From assembly GCA_963725175.1 (NCBI GenBank), contig CAVRXH010000006.1, positions 5,939,580-6,003,579 on the forward strand: a stretch of 64,000 nucleotides of DNA, read 5' to 3'. The notes below the pieces were generated by a model that saw only the letters and a list, made by a program, of their open reading frames with translations, ran no database searches and had not been told where the DNA came from. Below are positions 1-9,586 of the stretch, piece by piece (within the stretch, counting starts at the first letter, position 1; each line of letters opens with the position of its first letter). Source of the stretch: an uncultured Actinomycetota bacterium (lineage in GTDB: Bacteria > Actinomycetota > Actinomycetes > Streptosporangiales > Streptosporangiaceae). The position numbers and the translations under genes are program-made.

Positions 1-147
1 CGCCATGGGGCGCACCGCGCCCTCTCCGCAAGCGACCTGCTGACTTGCGCGACGGCCGCGCATCACCACCTGGTGGTTCTGCACGACGACGGCAACTTCG
101 CGACAGTCGCCCAGTACCTGCCTGACCTCCGTGAGCGCACCATCTAG
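1..147 (+). CDS. PIN-domain (VapC-like) toxin, 3' fragment entering from the left edge
   Basis: Frame 1 is open from base 1 to TAG 145-147. It reads ..SASDLLTCATAAHHHLVVLHDDGNFATVAQYLPDLRERTI*, which fits the DLLIAATA..h.L.vLH.D.DF pattern of VapC C-termini. The start lies outside the window. Confidence 0.45.
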   Translation, partial: RHGAHRALSASDLLTCATAAHHHLVVLHDDGNFATVAQYLPDLRERTI

Positions 148-304
148 GACGCCCACCCGCGCTATAACCCGATGCTCGCGCCGTTGCGGTTCCGAGGCTG
201 AGCCCTGGGCGCGTGGCCGGCGATACCTGGGTACTGCCGGTCCTGGCCAGCCCGGTGAGGCTGGCCAGGACCGGAGTTGCTCGTCCCGCGAGCGGGCCCA
301 GCGG

Positions 305-2421
305 TTACCAGGCGACCTTGATCAGCGCTGCCATTTTTGGCGTGCCGATGCCCGTGGCCATGTCGTAGCCGGATGTGGTGGCGTACAGGCCGTTGCTGAG
401 GGCCGCGCGCTGCCGCCGCTCGAGGCCGGTGATGTCGGTGAAGTACCGGCGCGGGTCGGTGCGGAGCAGCGCGTATACCCACGGGTTGATGTTGCCGGAC
501 CGGTAGCCGTGGAAGCTGTCCCTGTCGGCGGTCATCGCCGCCCACAGCGGGCCGGACAGGCTGGTGCCGTTGGCCTCGAACCAGCCGGGTACCAGCTCGT
601 CGTCGCTGAACGTCGCGCAGGTGCTTTCGGGCTGGCGGGCCGTTCCCGTGCAGTACACGGACACGCCGGTCTGCGGGTCGGCGTTGGCGGACACGTCCGG
701 GTCCTCGCGGCACGGGGTGCCGGCCGCCGCGAGCGCGCACTCGGGGACGCCCGAGCCGTTCACCTTGCCGGACGCGTTCGGGTACGCCGGGTTACGCACG
801 CCCGGGCCGTGCTGGTAGAACGGCCGGCCCCAGTACTGGCTGAACCCGCCGCCGCCGGCGCCGACCGCCAGGCACCAGAACGGGCCGCCCTGGTTGTCGT
901 TGTCCGGCGCCGGGGCCTGCTGGCTGCACAGGTCATCGACGTTCCACACGGTCTCGGTGCCGGGCGGCGGCGGGCCGGGGTCGGGGTTCATCCTGGGGTT
1001 GTAGCTCTCCAGCGAGGTGCCGCCCGTGCCGGTCACCCAGGGCTGCGCGGACGGGTCGATCACGTTCTGGGTGAACGGGCCGGTCAGCGAGTCGACGCAC
1101 TCGTAGATGCCCCAGTCCCCGGAGCCGCTGAACATGCTCTGGCCCTGGAGCGCCAGCTGCTCGAAGATCTCGTTCTCGGCCTGCACGTAGCCGGCGGACA
1201 GGTCGTCCTCGCAGGTGGCCCAGCTCGCGCTGACCACGTCGGCAGTGTCCTGCCTGGCGATCGCCGCGTACTCGGCCAGGCTGGTCTGGCCGGTGGTGTC
1301 CTGCGGCGCGTTGTAGACCTCGACCCGCCGGGCGTCCGGGGCGATGGCCAGGTCGGCCTCGATGTCCCCGGCCGTCTCGATGTCCCCGGAGTAGCCGTTG
1401 ATGTCCGCCGGGCACGAGTCGCCGGACGGGCACTTCGGGTGCACAGGACCGCCGTCCACGTTGATGTTGACCAGGTGCGGGTGGTAGCGCGGCCCGTAGA
1501 AGTGCCGCGCCCAGGTGCCGATGTCCGAGCGCCGGTACGCCGACAGCTCGAACAGGCCGATCGTCACCCCGGCGCCCTTGGTGCGCGGGCCGCCGCGCGG
1601 CGCGCCGTAGATGGAGTTGAGCTGTGCGGGGGTCAGCCCGCTGCAGCCGGGGCCGGCGCCGTAGCCGACCGCGTTGGTCTGGGTGAAGATCGCCCCGGTG
1701 GCTACCTCGTTGAACAGCTGGGTCCTCGTGACGTAGGGCGCCTCGCAGTTCTTCCTCGCCGCCGGCTGGGCGGCCGCCGCCGGCCCCGGGCGGCCGGCCG
1801 CTTCGCGGTGCCCGGCGTCATCAGCATCGAGTGCGGTCGCGCGGTGTTCGTCAGGCCGGTCACGCCGAGCACGTCGCGGGCCAGGCCCGCGGGCAGCCGG
1901 GCCGCCGTCGAGTTGGCGAAGTAGCGGGTCCCGCTCCCGTTCCGGTAAGAACCGAGCGAGGTACGGAACGCGCCCTGCACCTGAGCGCTCGTTCCGGTGG
2001 CCCGGATTAGGAACGGCGACGGCGAGCCGGCCACCGTCAGCCCGGCCGAGCGCAGGTAGGCGATGACGGCGGACCGCACGGTGGCGGCCGGGGCGTACCT
2101 GGCGTCGAACTGCCCGGCGGCCAGCCACCGGTGGAAGGCGCCGCTGCCGGGGGTGTAGGCCGCGCGCAGCGCGGCGGCCAGACCGGCCGGGTCGCGCGGC
2201 GCCAGGGTCAGCTCGACCGACATCCGGGCGCTGGTGTAATTCCCCGTGCGCTGCCCGGTGATCAGCCCGGTGCTGTCGCGCAGCGCCGCGAACCCGGCCG
2301 CCGGGCCCGCGGGCCCGGCGGCCGACTCAGCCGAGGCGGTGGCGTAGCCGCCGCTTAGTACCGCTAAAGCTGCCGAGGCGGCCCCCGCGACCAGGACACG
2401 AGCCGGATTTATCCGCATCAT
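305..2421 (-). pseudogene. S53 sedolisin/kumamolisin-type serine peptidase (signal peptide, pro-kumamolisin activation domain, catalytic domain) with the frame broken near 1785-1805
   Basis: ATGATG at 2421 follows a GAGGAGGG SD. That frame (ORF 1702..2505) gives a signal peptide plus prodomain (..GLTNTARPHSMLM..). ORF 305..2128 carries the catalytic domain (..LTPAQLNSIYG.., ..SGSGDWG.., ..NGTSLSGPLWAA..). The two frames join in the GC run gcgaagcggccggccgccc. Confidence 0.8.
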
Positions 2422-2697
2422 GCTAGCCCTCCTCAATCGGGCGCTATGACCGGTTGCTCCGGCAAATGCTCCAGCGGCAGAAGCGCCATTCAGCGCCAGC
2501 TTCATAACTTTTCAGCGCCATCAAGGGAACCGGGTGGTCAGCGGCCACTCAGGCTGAACGCCCGTTCACTCCCGGCACGGTGCCGTGGGTCTCGTTTTGG
2601 CCACGAATGTGAGGGTGCTCCTTGCGCAGCAGCCCCTTCGTCGTGAACCTTGGTTCATCACTAACCGGTTGTGGCCACTCCAGCAAGGCAACGTCTG

Positions 2698-3576
2698 ATG
2701 AATAGTGATTCATCCGTGGTGCCGGCTCAGCGACCTGCGGCATCCGCGAGCGGGACCCTGGACGTGCGCGGGGTGACCGTGCGGTTCGGCGGCCTGACCG
2801 CGCTGGACGACGTGTCGCTCACCGCGGCCGGCCAGCAGGTGACCGGGATCATCGGCCCGAACGGCGCCGGCAAGACCACCCTGCTCAACGTCCTGTGCGG
2901 CTTTATCCGGCCGCAGTCGGGCCAGCTCAGCTTTGACGGGCAGCGACTGGCCCGGCTGCGGCCGCACAAGCTGGCCCGGCTGGGCATCGCCAGGACACTC
3001 CAGGGCGTCGGGCTGTTCGCCGGGCTGACGGTGGCCGAGAACGTGATGGCCGGCGCGGCCGGCGGCGACCGCGCGGGCGCGTGGCGGGCCGGCTTCTGGC
3101 CGGCCGCGCTCGGCCTGCCGGTGTCAGACGGCCGCCAGCGCGCGCTCCGCGCGCTGGCGATGGAGACGCTGGACCGGCTCGGCGTGGCGGACCTGGCCGA
3201 CGAGCTGCCCGGCGCGCTGCCGCACGGGCCGCGCAAGCGGGTCGCGCTGGCCAGGGCGATGGCGGCCCGGCCGAGGCTGCTGCTGCTCGACGAGCCGGCC
3301 AGCGGCCTGAGCGAGAGCGAGCTGCCTGAGCTGGGCGAGCTGATCACCGAGCTGGCCCGGCAGGCCACGGTCGTGGTGATCGAGCACCGGATGGACCTGA
3401 TGATGTCGGTCTGCGAGCAGATCTTCGTGCTCGACTTCGGCAAGGTGATCGCCTCGGGAACCCCGGCCCAGGTTCAGGCCGACCCGGCCGTCACCGCGGC
3501 CTACCTCGGCACCGAGCCGGAAGCGGGTCCGGTCGCCGAGACCGGGGACTCCGGCGAGGAGGCCGGCGATGAGTGA
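2698..3576 (+). CDS. livG: Branched-chain amino acid-type ABC transporter ATP-binding protein (LivG family)
   Basis: Walker A GPNGAGKTT, LSGG-type signature and a LivG-like C-terminal extension. The start is uncertain: the ORF opens at GTG 2671 and there is an ATG at 2698. Confidence 0.85.
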   Translation: MNSDSSVVPAQRPAASASGTLDVRGVTVRFGGLTALDDVSLTAAGQQVTGIIGPNGAGKTTLLNVLCGFIRPQSGQLSFDGQRLARLRPHKLARLGIARTLQGVGLFAGLTVAENVMAGAAGGDRAGAWRAGFWPAALGLPVSDGRQRALRALAMETLDRLGVADLADELPGALPHGPRKRVALARAMAARPRLLLLDEPASGLSESELPELGELITELARQATVVVIEHRMDLMMSVCEQIFVLDFGKVIASGTPAQVQADPAVTAAYLGTEPEAGPVAETGDSGEEAGDE

Positions 3577-4324
3577 GCCAGCCGCCGCCCCGGCGGCAAG
3601 CGCGGCGAGCGCCGCCCCGGTGCTGGAGGTCACCGACGTGGTGGCCGGCTACAACGCCGCGCCGGTGCTGGACGGGGTGAGCATCGCGGCCCCGGCCGGC
3701 ACGATCACCGCCGTGCTCGGCGCCAATGGCGCGGGCAAGACGACGCTGCTGCGGACCATCTCGGGCTTCCTGCGGCCGCGGGCTGGCCAGGTGCTGCTGG
3801 ACGGCGCCAGCCTCACCAGGCGCGCCCCGGAGGAGATCGCCAGGGCCGGCCTCGCGCACGTGCCCGAGGGCCAGGGCGTGATCACCGAGCTGACCGTCGA
3901 GGAGAACCTGCGGGTCGGGCTGCTGCTGCGGGACCGGGGCCAGCGCGCGGCGGCGCTGGCCGCCAGCTACGACCAGTTCCCGGTGCTGGGCAAGCGGCGG
4001 CGGGCGCTGGCCGGCTCGCTGTCCGGCGGCGAGCGGCAGATCCTGGTGATCGCCAGGGCGCTGCTCACCGCGCCGCGGGTGCTGCTGCTCGACGAGCCCT
4101 CCCTTGGCCTGGCACCCCGGATCGTCGCGCAGGTGATGGACCTGGTCAGGGGGCTACGCGACGACACGGGACTGACCGTGCTGCTGGTCGAGCAGAACGC
4201 GCGCGGCGCGCTGGCCATCGCCGATCAGGGCCTGGTGCTCAGCCTCGGCAAGGTCGTGGCCAGGGCGGGCGCCGCCGAGCTGGCCGCCGACGAGGGCCTG
4301 CGCCGGCACTACCTCGGCTTCTAG
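3569..4324 (+). CDS. livF: Branched-chain amino acid-type ABC transporter ATP-binding protein (LivF family)
   Basis: GANGAGKTTLL, LSGGERQ and LLLDEPS motifs. The ATG overlaps the livG stop by 8 nt. Confidence 0.88.
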   Translation: MSEPAAAPAASAASAAPVLEVTDVVAGYNAAPVLDGVSIAAPAGTITAVLGANGAGKTTLLRTISGFLRPRAGQVLLDGASLTRRAPEEIARAGLAHVPEGQGVITELTVEENLRVGLLLRDRGQRAAALAASYDQFPVLGKRRRALAGSLSGGERQILVIARALLTAPRVLLLDEPSLGLAPRIVAQVMDLVRGLRDDTGLTVLLVEQNARGALAIADQGLVLSLGKVVARAGAAELAADEGLRRHYLGF

Positions 4325-4337
4325 GAGAAGGGCGGTC

Positions 4338-5216
4338 ATGCAAGAGTTCCTTGAGTTCACGCTCGGCGGGCTCAGCACCGGGATGATCTACGCGGCGATC
4401 GCCCTGTCCCTGGTGCTGATCTGGCGCGGCACCCGGGTGCTCAACTACGCCCAGGGCGGCATGGCGATGTTCACCACCTACGTCGCGCTGCTGGTCATCA
4501 ACAGGACCGGGAACTACTGGCTGGGCTTCGCCGCGGCGCTGGCCGCCGGCCTGGTGCTCGGCGCGGTGCTCGAGCGCGCGGTGATCCGGCCGACCGCCCG
4601 CCGCCCCCCGCTGAACGCGGTCATCGTCACCATCGGGCTCCTTATCTTCCTGGAGGGCCTGGCCGGCATCCTGTACGGCGGCCAGTACCGGTCGTTCCCG
4701 CCCGCGTACTCGATCGTGGGCCTGAAGGCAGGCTCGCTGGCGCTTGGCGTCTCCCCGGACGGGATCTTCACGGCCGGGGCGGTGCTCGCCGCGGCGATCC
4801 TGCTCGCGGTCGTGTTCCGGTACACGCCGGCCGGCCTGCGGCTGCGGGCCACGGCGTTCAACCCGGATGTGTCCCGGCTGCTCGGAGTGCGGATCGGGCG
4901 GGTGCTGACCCTCGGCTGGGCGCTGGCCGGCCTGCTCGGCGCGCTGGCCGGGCTGCTGGTCACCCCGACCACGTTCCTCTACCCGAACAGCATGGACGCG
5001 ATCTTCGTCCTCGGCTTCACCGCCGCGGTGATCGGCGGCCTGGACAGCCCGCTCGGCGCGGTCATCGGCGGGCTGCTGCTCGGCGTGCTGCTCAGCTATG
5101 TCGGCGGCTACCTGGGCAGCGACCTGGTCGGCATCGCCGGCCTGGCCGCGCTGACCGCGGTGCTCATGCTGCGGCCCGCCGGGCTGTTCTCCTCCTCCTC
5201 GGTCCGGCAGGTGTGA
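4338..5216 (+). CDS. livH: Branched-chain amino acid ABC transporter permease (LivH family)
   Basis: 292-aa polytopic membrane protein with a typical LivH N-terminus (MQEFLEFTLGGLSTGMIYAAIAL). Confidence 0.85.
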   Translation: MQEFLEFTLGGLSTGMIYAAIALSLVLIWRGTRVLNYAQGGMAMFTTYVALLVINRTGNYWLGFAAALAAGLVLGAVLERAVIRPTARRPPLNAVIVTIGLLIFLEGLAGILYGGQYRSFPPAYSIVGLKAGSLALGVSPDGIFTAGAVLAAAILLAVVFRYTPAGLRLRATAFNPDVSRLLGVRIGRVLTLGWALAGLLGALAGLLVTPTTFLYPNSMDAIFVLGFTAAVIGGLDSPLGAVIGGLLLGVLLSYVGGYLGSDLVGIAGLAALTAVLMLRPAGLFSSSSVRQV

Positions 5217-5217
5217 C

Positions 5218-6263
5218 GTGACGCTCGCCAGGCATCTCGGCACGGCGCTGGTCGCCGGAGTGCTCCTGCTGCTGCTTTCCTACAAACTGGGTTCGTACCG
5301 TGACTACGAGCTCGCGGAGGTGGCGGCCTTCGTGGTCGCGGTCGCGGGGCTGACGGTGCTGATCGGGGTCAGCGGGCAGATCTCCATCGGGCACGGCGCC
5401 TTCATGGCCGTCGGGGCGTACGCGGCGGCGCTGCTGATGACGCACCTGCACTGGCCGCTTGAGCTGATCATCGCCGGCAGCGCGGTGATCACCGCCGCCG
5501 CCGGGGCGGTGGTCGGCGTCGCGGCCGCCCGGCTGCGCGGCCCCTACCTCGCGGGCGCCACGCTGATGCTCGCCGTCGCGCTGCCCTCGATCGCCGACCG
5601 TTACCAGGGTGTCTTCGGCGGCGATCAGGGCCTGGACATCAACGTGACGGCGCCTGGCTTCCTCGGCCCGGCGTTCCCGCTCACCCAGTGGCTGGCCCTG
5701 CTGTGCTGCGCCGCCGCGCTGATCACCCTGGTGCTGCTGGCCAACCTGGTGCGCAGCGGGACCGGCCGCGGCTGGCGGGCGATCCGCGACGATGAGGTGG
5801 CCGCCGCGCTGGCCGGCTACGCCGTGGCCCGGCTGCGGGTGCTGGCGTTCGTGGTGAGCGCCGCCTGCGCCGGGGTCGGCGGCGCGCTGCTCGCGGTCGT
5901 CACGGCCAACGTGTCGCCGGGCGCGTTCACCCTGACGCTGTCGATCGGGCTGCTCACCGCGGCCGTGCTCGGCGGCCTGGGCAGCATCGCCGGGGCGGTA
6001 TGGGGCAGCCTGCTGTTCGTCCTGGTGCCGAGCTACCTCACCAACCTCGCCGCCAGCCACGGCCTGTCGGGCGCGGCCAGCTCCAGCGTGCCGATCGCCG
6101 CGTACGGGCTGGTGCTCGTCCTGGTCATGCTCATCTTCCCCGCCGGAATCCAGGGCGGCGTACGCCGCCTGCTCGGACTGGCCGCGCCAGCGGCCGGCCC
6201 GCCATTGAGCGTCCTGCGCCGGCGCCGCCGGCCCGTGACGCGAAGGAGAAAGGCACCACATGA
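5218..6263 (+). CDS. livM: Branched-chain amino acid ABC transporter permease (LivM family); C-terminus probably frameshifted
   Basis: GTG at 5218 lies 1 nt after the livH stop, and the product is LivM-like up to ..PAGIQGGVRRLLG. As written, the frame has no stop until 6777, running 518 nt into the next gene as Arg-rich nonsense. The adjacent frame stops at TGA 6261-6263, overlapping the next ATG (ATGA). Confidence 0.75.
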
Positions 6264-7603
6264 AGAGAACACGCACAGTTACCCTTGCGCCGGTGGCTGG
6301 GCTGGCCGCCGTCGCGATGCTGCTCGCCGCGTGCGGTTCCAGCGGGTCCAGCGGCAGCGGCAAGTCAGGCTCGGGGTCGGCGCTGACCGCGTCGGCGCCT
6401 GGCGTCACCGCCACCACCATCACGATTGGCAGTCACCAGCCGCTCACCGGCATCGCCGCGCCCGGCTACGACGAGATCGCGCCCGCCGCCAACGCCTATT
6501 TCCAGTACCTGAACGCGCACGGCGGCATCTACGGCAGGAAGATCGACTACAAGTACCTCAACGACCAGTACAACCCGTCGCTGACCTCGACCGTCGTCCG
6601 CCAGCTCGTGCTCAAGGACAACGTGTTCGCGATCTTCAACGGGCTGGGCACGCCCACGCACCTGGCGGTCGCGCCGTTCCTGAACAGCGAGAAGGTGCCC
6701 GACGTGTTCGTCGCCTCGGGCTGCGAGTGCTGGAACGCGCCGTCCAAGTGGCCCTACACCTTCGGCTGGCAGCTTGACTACGTGCGCGAGGGCAAGATCC
6801 TCGGCCAGTACGTCGCGCAGCACTTCAAGGGGAAGAAGATCGGCTTCTTCTACCAGGACGACGAGTTCGGCCAGGACGGGGTCAAGGGCCTGGAGGACGA
6901 GATCCCCGCGAAGCAGGTCGTCGCCAAGGAGGCCTACGACCCGACCAACACCACGGTCGGCCCGCTGGTCGCCAAGCTCAAGGCGGCCGGGGCGCAGGTC
7001 GTCGTCTCGTTCTCGGTGCCGGCCTTCACCGCGCTGCTCAAGCTGAACGCGCTCGGGCTGAGCTACAACCCGCAGCTCGTGGTCAGCAACGTGGGCGCGG
7101 ACGCGATCACCCTGGCGGGCCTGCTTCAGGCGTTCGCCGCCAAGGCGCACCAGAAGGTGAACGGCAACGAGCTGACCCAGGGCATCATCACCGACGGCTA
7201 CCTGCCGACCCTGGGGGACACCAGCAACGGCTGGATCTCGCTGTTCAAGCAGATCCACGACAAGTACATCCCGAAGCTGCCGTTCGACGGGAACGTGCTC
7301 TACGGGATGTCGTCGGCCTACACCTTCGCCGAGGCGATGTTCAAGGCCGGGCGTAACCCGACCAGGCAGGATCTGGTCAACGCGATCAACGGCGGGCTGG
7401 CGCAGGGCGTGGCCATCGCGCCGTACGCCTACTCGGCGACCAACCACAACGGAGTCACCGGCGCCTACATCGGCATCATCAAGGACGGCGTGCTGGTGCA
7501 GACCGGCCCGGTGCTGGTCACCGACACCAGCCCGACCGGTGCCATCACGCCGGACACGACGCCGCAGCCGGCGGCGCCCGCGAACGGCATCCCGCCGCAC
7601 TGA
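6260..7603 (+). CDS. ABC transporter substrate-binding lipoprotein (LivK / Peripla_BP_6-like)
   Basis: AAGGAGAAAGG SD. Lipobox LLAAC followed by a Gly/Ser linker. 447-aa periplasmic-binding-protein-like sequence closing the liv operon. Confidence 0.85.
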   Translation: MKRTRTVTLAPVAGLAAVAMLLAACGSSGSSGSGKSGSGSALTASAPGVTATTITIGSHQPLTGIAAPGYDEIAPAANAYFQYLNAHGGIYGRKIDYKYLNDQYNPSLTSTVVRQLVLKDNVFAIFNGLGTPTHLAVAPFLNSEKVPDVFVASGCECWNAPSKWPYTFGWQLDYVREGKILGQYVAQHFKGKKIGFFYQDDEFGQDGVKGLEDEIPAKQVVAKEAYDPTNTTVGPLVAKLKAAGAQVVVSFSVPAFTALLKLNALGLSYNPQLVVSNVGADAITLAGLLQAFAAKAHQKVNGNELTQGIITDGYLPTLGDTSNGWISLFKQIHDKYIPKLPFDGNVLYGMSSAYTFAEAMFKAGRNPTRQDLVNAINGGLAQGVAIAPYAYSATNHNGVTGAYIGIIKDGVLVQTGPVLVTDTSPTGAITPDTTPQPAAPANGIPPH

Positions 7604-7609
7604 CCGCAC

Positions 7610-7650
7610 GGCCCGGTGCCCGCCGGTGATCATGAAGCGGGCACCGGGCC
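7610..7650 (+). terminator. Hairpin after the liv operon
   Basis: Perfect 14-bp stem GGCCCGGTGCCCGC / GCGGGCACCGGGCC with a 13-nt loop, starting 7 nt after the SBP stop. There is no T-run. Confidence 0.55.
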
Positions 7651-7681
7651 GGCGGGCGCCGGGGCGGACTGCCACACTGGT

Positions 7682-7710
7682 GCTGACCAGCGGAGTTCAC
7701 GCTGGTCAGC
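7682..7710. promoter_or_regulatory. Perfect 10-bp inverted repeat upstream of tetR (candidate operator)
   Basis: GCTGACCAGC-ggagttcac-GCTGGTCAGC, ending 35 nt upstream of the TetR start codon. Confidence 0.4.
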
Positions 7711-7744
7711 GTCCCGCCGCGACAGATCAGCAGAGGTAGCCAGC

Positions 7745-8358
7745 GTGAGTATCGCACCCAGCCGCAAGCCGGCCGCGCGGGACCGGCCGCCGGCCGAGCG
7801 ACTGCTGAGCGCGGCCGAGCGGCTGTTCGGCGAGCGCAGCTACCGGCGCACCACCGTGGCCGACATCTGCGCGCAGGCCGGCATCGCGACGGGCAGCTTC
7901 TACGCGCACTTCGGCTCCAAGTCCGACATCTTCGCGGCGGTCATCCGGCAGATCAACGCCGACCTGCGGGCGACTATGTCGGCGGCGCTGGACACCGCGG
8001 CGGGCAATCAGCGGGCCAGGGAGCGCGCCTCGTTCCGTGCCTATTTCGACCTCATGTCGGAGCGGCCGTGGATCTTCCGCATCGTCCGCGAGGCGGAGTT
8101 CCTGGCGCCGGGGGAGTTCCGCGCCTACTACGAGCGGCTGGCCAGGGGATACGCGCGGGGTGTCCGGGCGGCGCAGCTCGCCGGCGAGGTCGACGCGCGC
8201 TATGACCCGGAGGTCATCGCCTACGTCTACACCGGGCTCGGCAACTTCATCGGGATGCGCTGGGCCGAGTGGACCGCGGGCGGCCGGGTCCCCGACGACA
8301 TCTTCGAGGACGTGATGAGCGTCCTGGCCCGCGGCCTCCCCCCGCCGGCCCCGCCTAG
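7745..8358 (+). CDS. TetR/AcrR family transcriptional regulator; stop reached only after a frame correction
   Basis: GTG 7745 follows an AGAGG SD. HTH region ERSYRRTTVADICAQAGIATGSFYAHFGSKSDIF. As written, the frame runs on to 9022, through a palindromic repeat and antisense to bioY. A 1-nt shift in the C-run at 8338-8343 gives TAG 8356-8358 and a typical 204-aa TetR. Confidence 0.8.
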
Positions 8359-8390
8359 CTCGCCGGCCTGCCGCCGCGCCATCCCGGCTT

Positions 8391-8436
8391 ATCGGGTAGC
8401 GCTTTGGGCGTATGCGGCCCCAAAGCGCTACCCGAT
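8391..8436. repeat. REP-like palindromic element, copy 1
   Basis: Perfect 18-bp stem ATCGGGTAGCGCTTTGGG / CCCAAAGCGCTACCCGAT with a 10-nt loop. It lies between the convergent tetR and bioY genes. A second, inverted copy is at 63404-63459. Confidence 0.8.
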
Positions 8437-8446
8437 CATGAAGTAC

Positions 8447-9040
8447 TCAGCTGCTGGGGCGGCGGCCGGCGAGGGACCAGGCGGCGGGCAGCAGGCCGGC
8501 CGCGATGGCGGCCTTGATCGCGTCGCCGATCAGGAACGGGGTCAGCCCGTCGGCGATCGCGGCGGACACGCTCAGGTGCAGCGACACCGCCAGCCAGGTC
8601 ACGCCGACCGCGTAGATGACCACCTCGCCGGCCAGCATCACCGGCACCGAGCGGAGCACGGAGCGGTCGCCGCCCCGGCCGGCCAGGTAGCCGCACAGCG
8701 CCGCCGCCAGGAAGAACCCGACGATGTACCCGAACGACGCGCCCACGTAGCCGCTGGCGTGCCCGGCGAACCACGGCACGCCGGCCACGCCGGCCACCGC
8801 GTACAGGGCCATCGCGGCGGCGGCCCGGCGCCAGCCGAGCGCGGTGCCGGCGAGCAGCACGCCGAGGGTCTGCCCGGTGACCGGGACTGGCGTGAACGAC
8901 AGGTGGATCTGGAGCTGGGCGAGTACGCCGACGAACCCGGCCGCGCCGACCACGAGCAGGATGTCCCTGACCAGGGTGCCGGGCAGCAGGTCGGCCAGCA
9001 CCAGCGGGCGCGGGCGTCGTAGCGTATCTGAGTGCGACAT
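8447..9040 (-). CDS. bioY: Biotin transporter BioY
   Basis: ATG 9040 follows a GGAGG SD. 198-aa membrane protein with the BioY pattern (..FTPVPVTGQTLGVLLAG.., ..GYIVGF.., ..FLIGDAIKA..). Confidence 0.85.
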   Translation of the reverse strand: MSHSDTLRRPRPLVLADLLPGTLVRDILLVVGAAGFVGVLAQLQIHLSFTPVPVTGQTLGVLLAGTALGWRRAAAAMALYAVAGVAGVPWFAGHASGYVGASFGYIVGFFLAAALCGYLAGRGGDRSVLRSVPVMLAGEVVIYAVGVTWLAVSLHLSVSAAIADGLTPFLIGDAIKAAIAAGLLPAAWSLAGRRPSS

Positions 9041-9073
9041 CGGGGCGGAGCCTCCTACTGAAGGGCGCGTGAC

Positions 9074-9586
9074 GTGGAGCCGGACGTGCTGGGACGCTAC
9101 CACGAGGGTGCTTTGCCGACATTCCGGGCATCGAGCGCACCGGCTGCCGACGCCTCCGGGCCACCCCTGCCCGACCTGCTGAGCTACCTGCGCGGCGACT
9201 GGCAGGTGGCCCGCCGGCTCACCGATCACCGGTCCGGCACGGCGGGGGAGTTCACCGGCACCGCGTCGTTCCGCGCGCTGGGCAGGGCCGGGCTGGCGTA
9301 CCGGGAGGAGGGGGAGCTGCGGTTCGGGGGGCACCTGGGACCGGCCAGCCGAGACCTGATCTACCTCGCCGCTGCGGACGGCGCGCTAGATGTCCGGTTC
9401 GGCGACGGGCGCGCGTTCTACCGGCTGGAGGCGAGCGGCGGCCGGTGGACCGCCGGGCACCCGTGCGGCCTGGATCACTACCAGGTCACCGGCGAGCTGC
9501 TCGGCGCCGGCCGGTACGCCGAGCACTGGCAGGTCACCGGGCCCGCCAAGAATTACGAGATCGACTCCACGCTGGTCCGCCGGTGA
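9074..9586 (+). CDS. Hypothetical protein (possibly DUF6314-like), first gene of an operon divergent from bioY
   Basis: 170-aa ORF with coding-like GC3. Its stop overlaps the next start (GTGA). The family name is recalled from memory only, and the start is uncertain. Confidence 0.55.
   Translation: MEPDVLGRYHEGALPTFRASSAPAADASGPPLPDLLSYLRGDWQVARRLTDHRSGTAGEFTGTASFRALGRAGLAYREEGELRFGGHLGPASRDLIYLAAADGALDVRFGDGRAFYRLEASGGRWTAGHPCGLDHYQVTGELLGAGRYAEHWQVTGPAKNYEIDSTLVRR

Noticed and set aside
131-1924. Many very long ORFs in the track. Examples: 131..1924+, 4239..5243-, 5164..6423-, 6365..7675-, 9553..11271-, 14732..16828-, 23192..25315+, 37954..40251-, 39264..40865+, 44753..46228-, 48453..49811-, 49868..51586-, 60422..61984-, 62422..63441-.
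   Set aside because: Their translations are Arg/Pro/Gly/Ala-rich low-complexity strings with no recognisable motifs. Each lies antisense or out of frame to a gene with clear family signatures. Stop-free wrong frames are expected at this GC content.
5218-6777. livM as a genuine 519-aa protein.
   Set aside because: The last ~170 aa are Arg-rich nonsense overlapping the well-supported SBP gene in another frame. An alternative frame gives a normal stop coupled to the next start.
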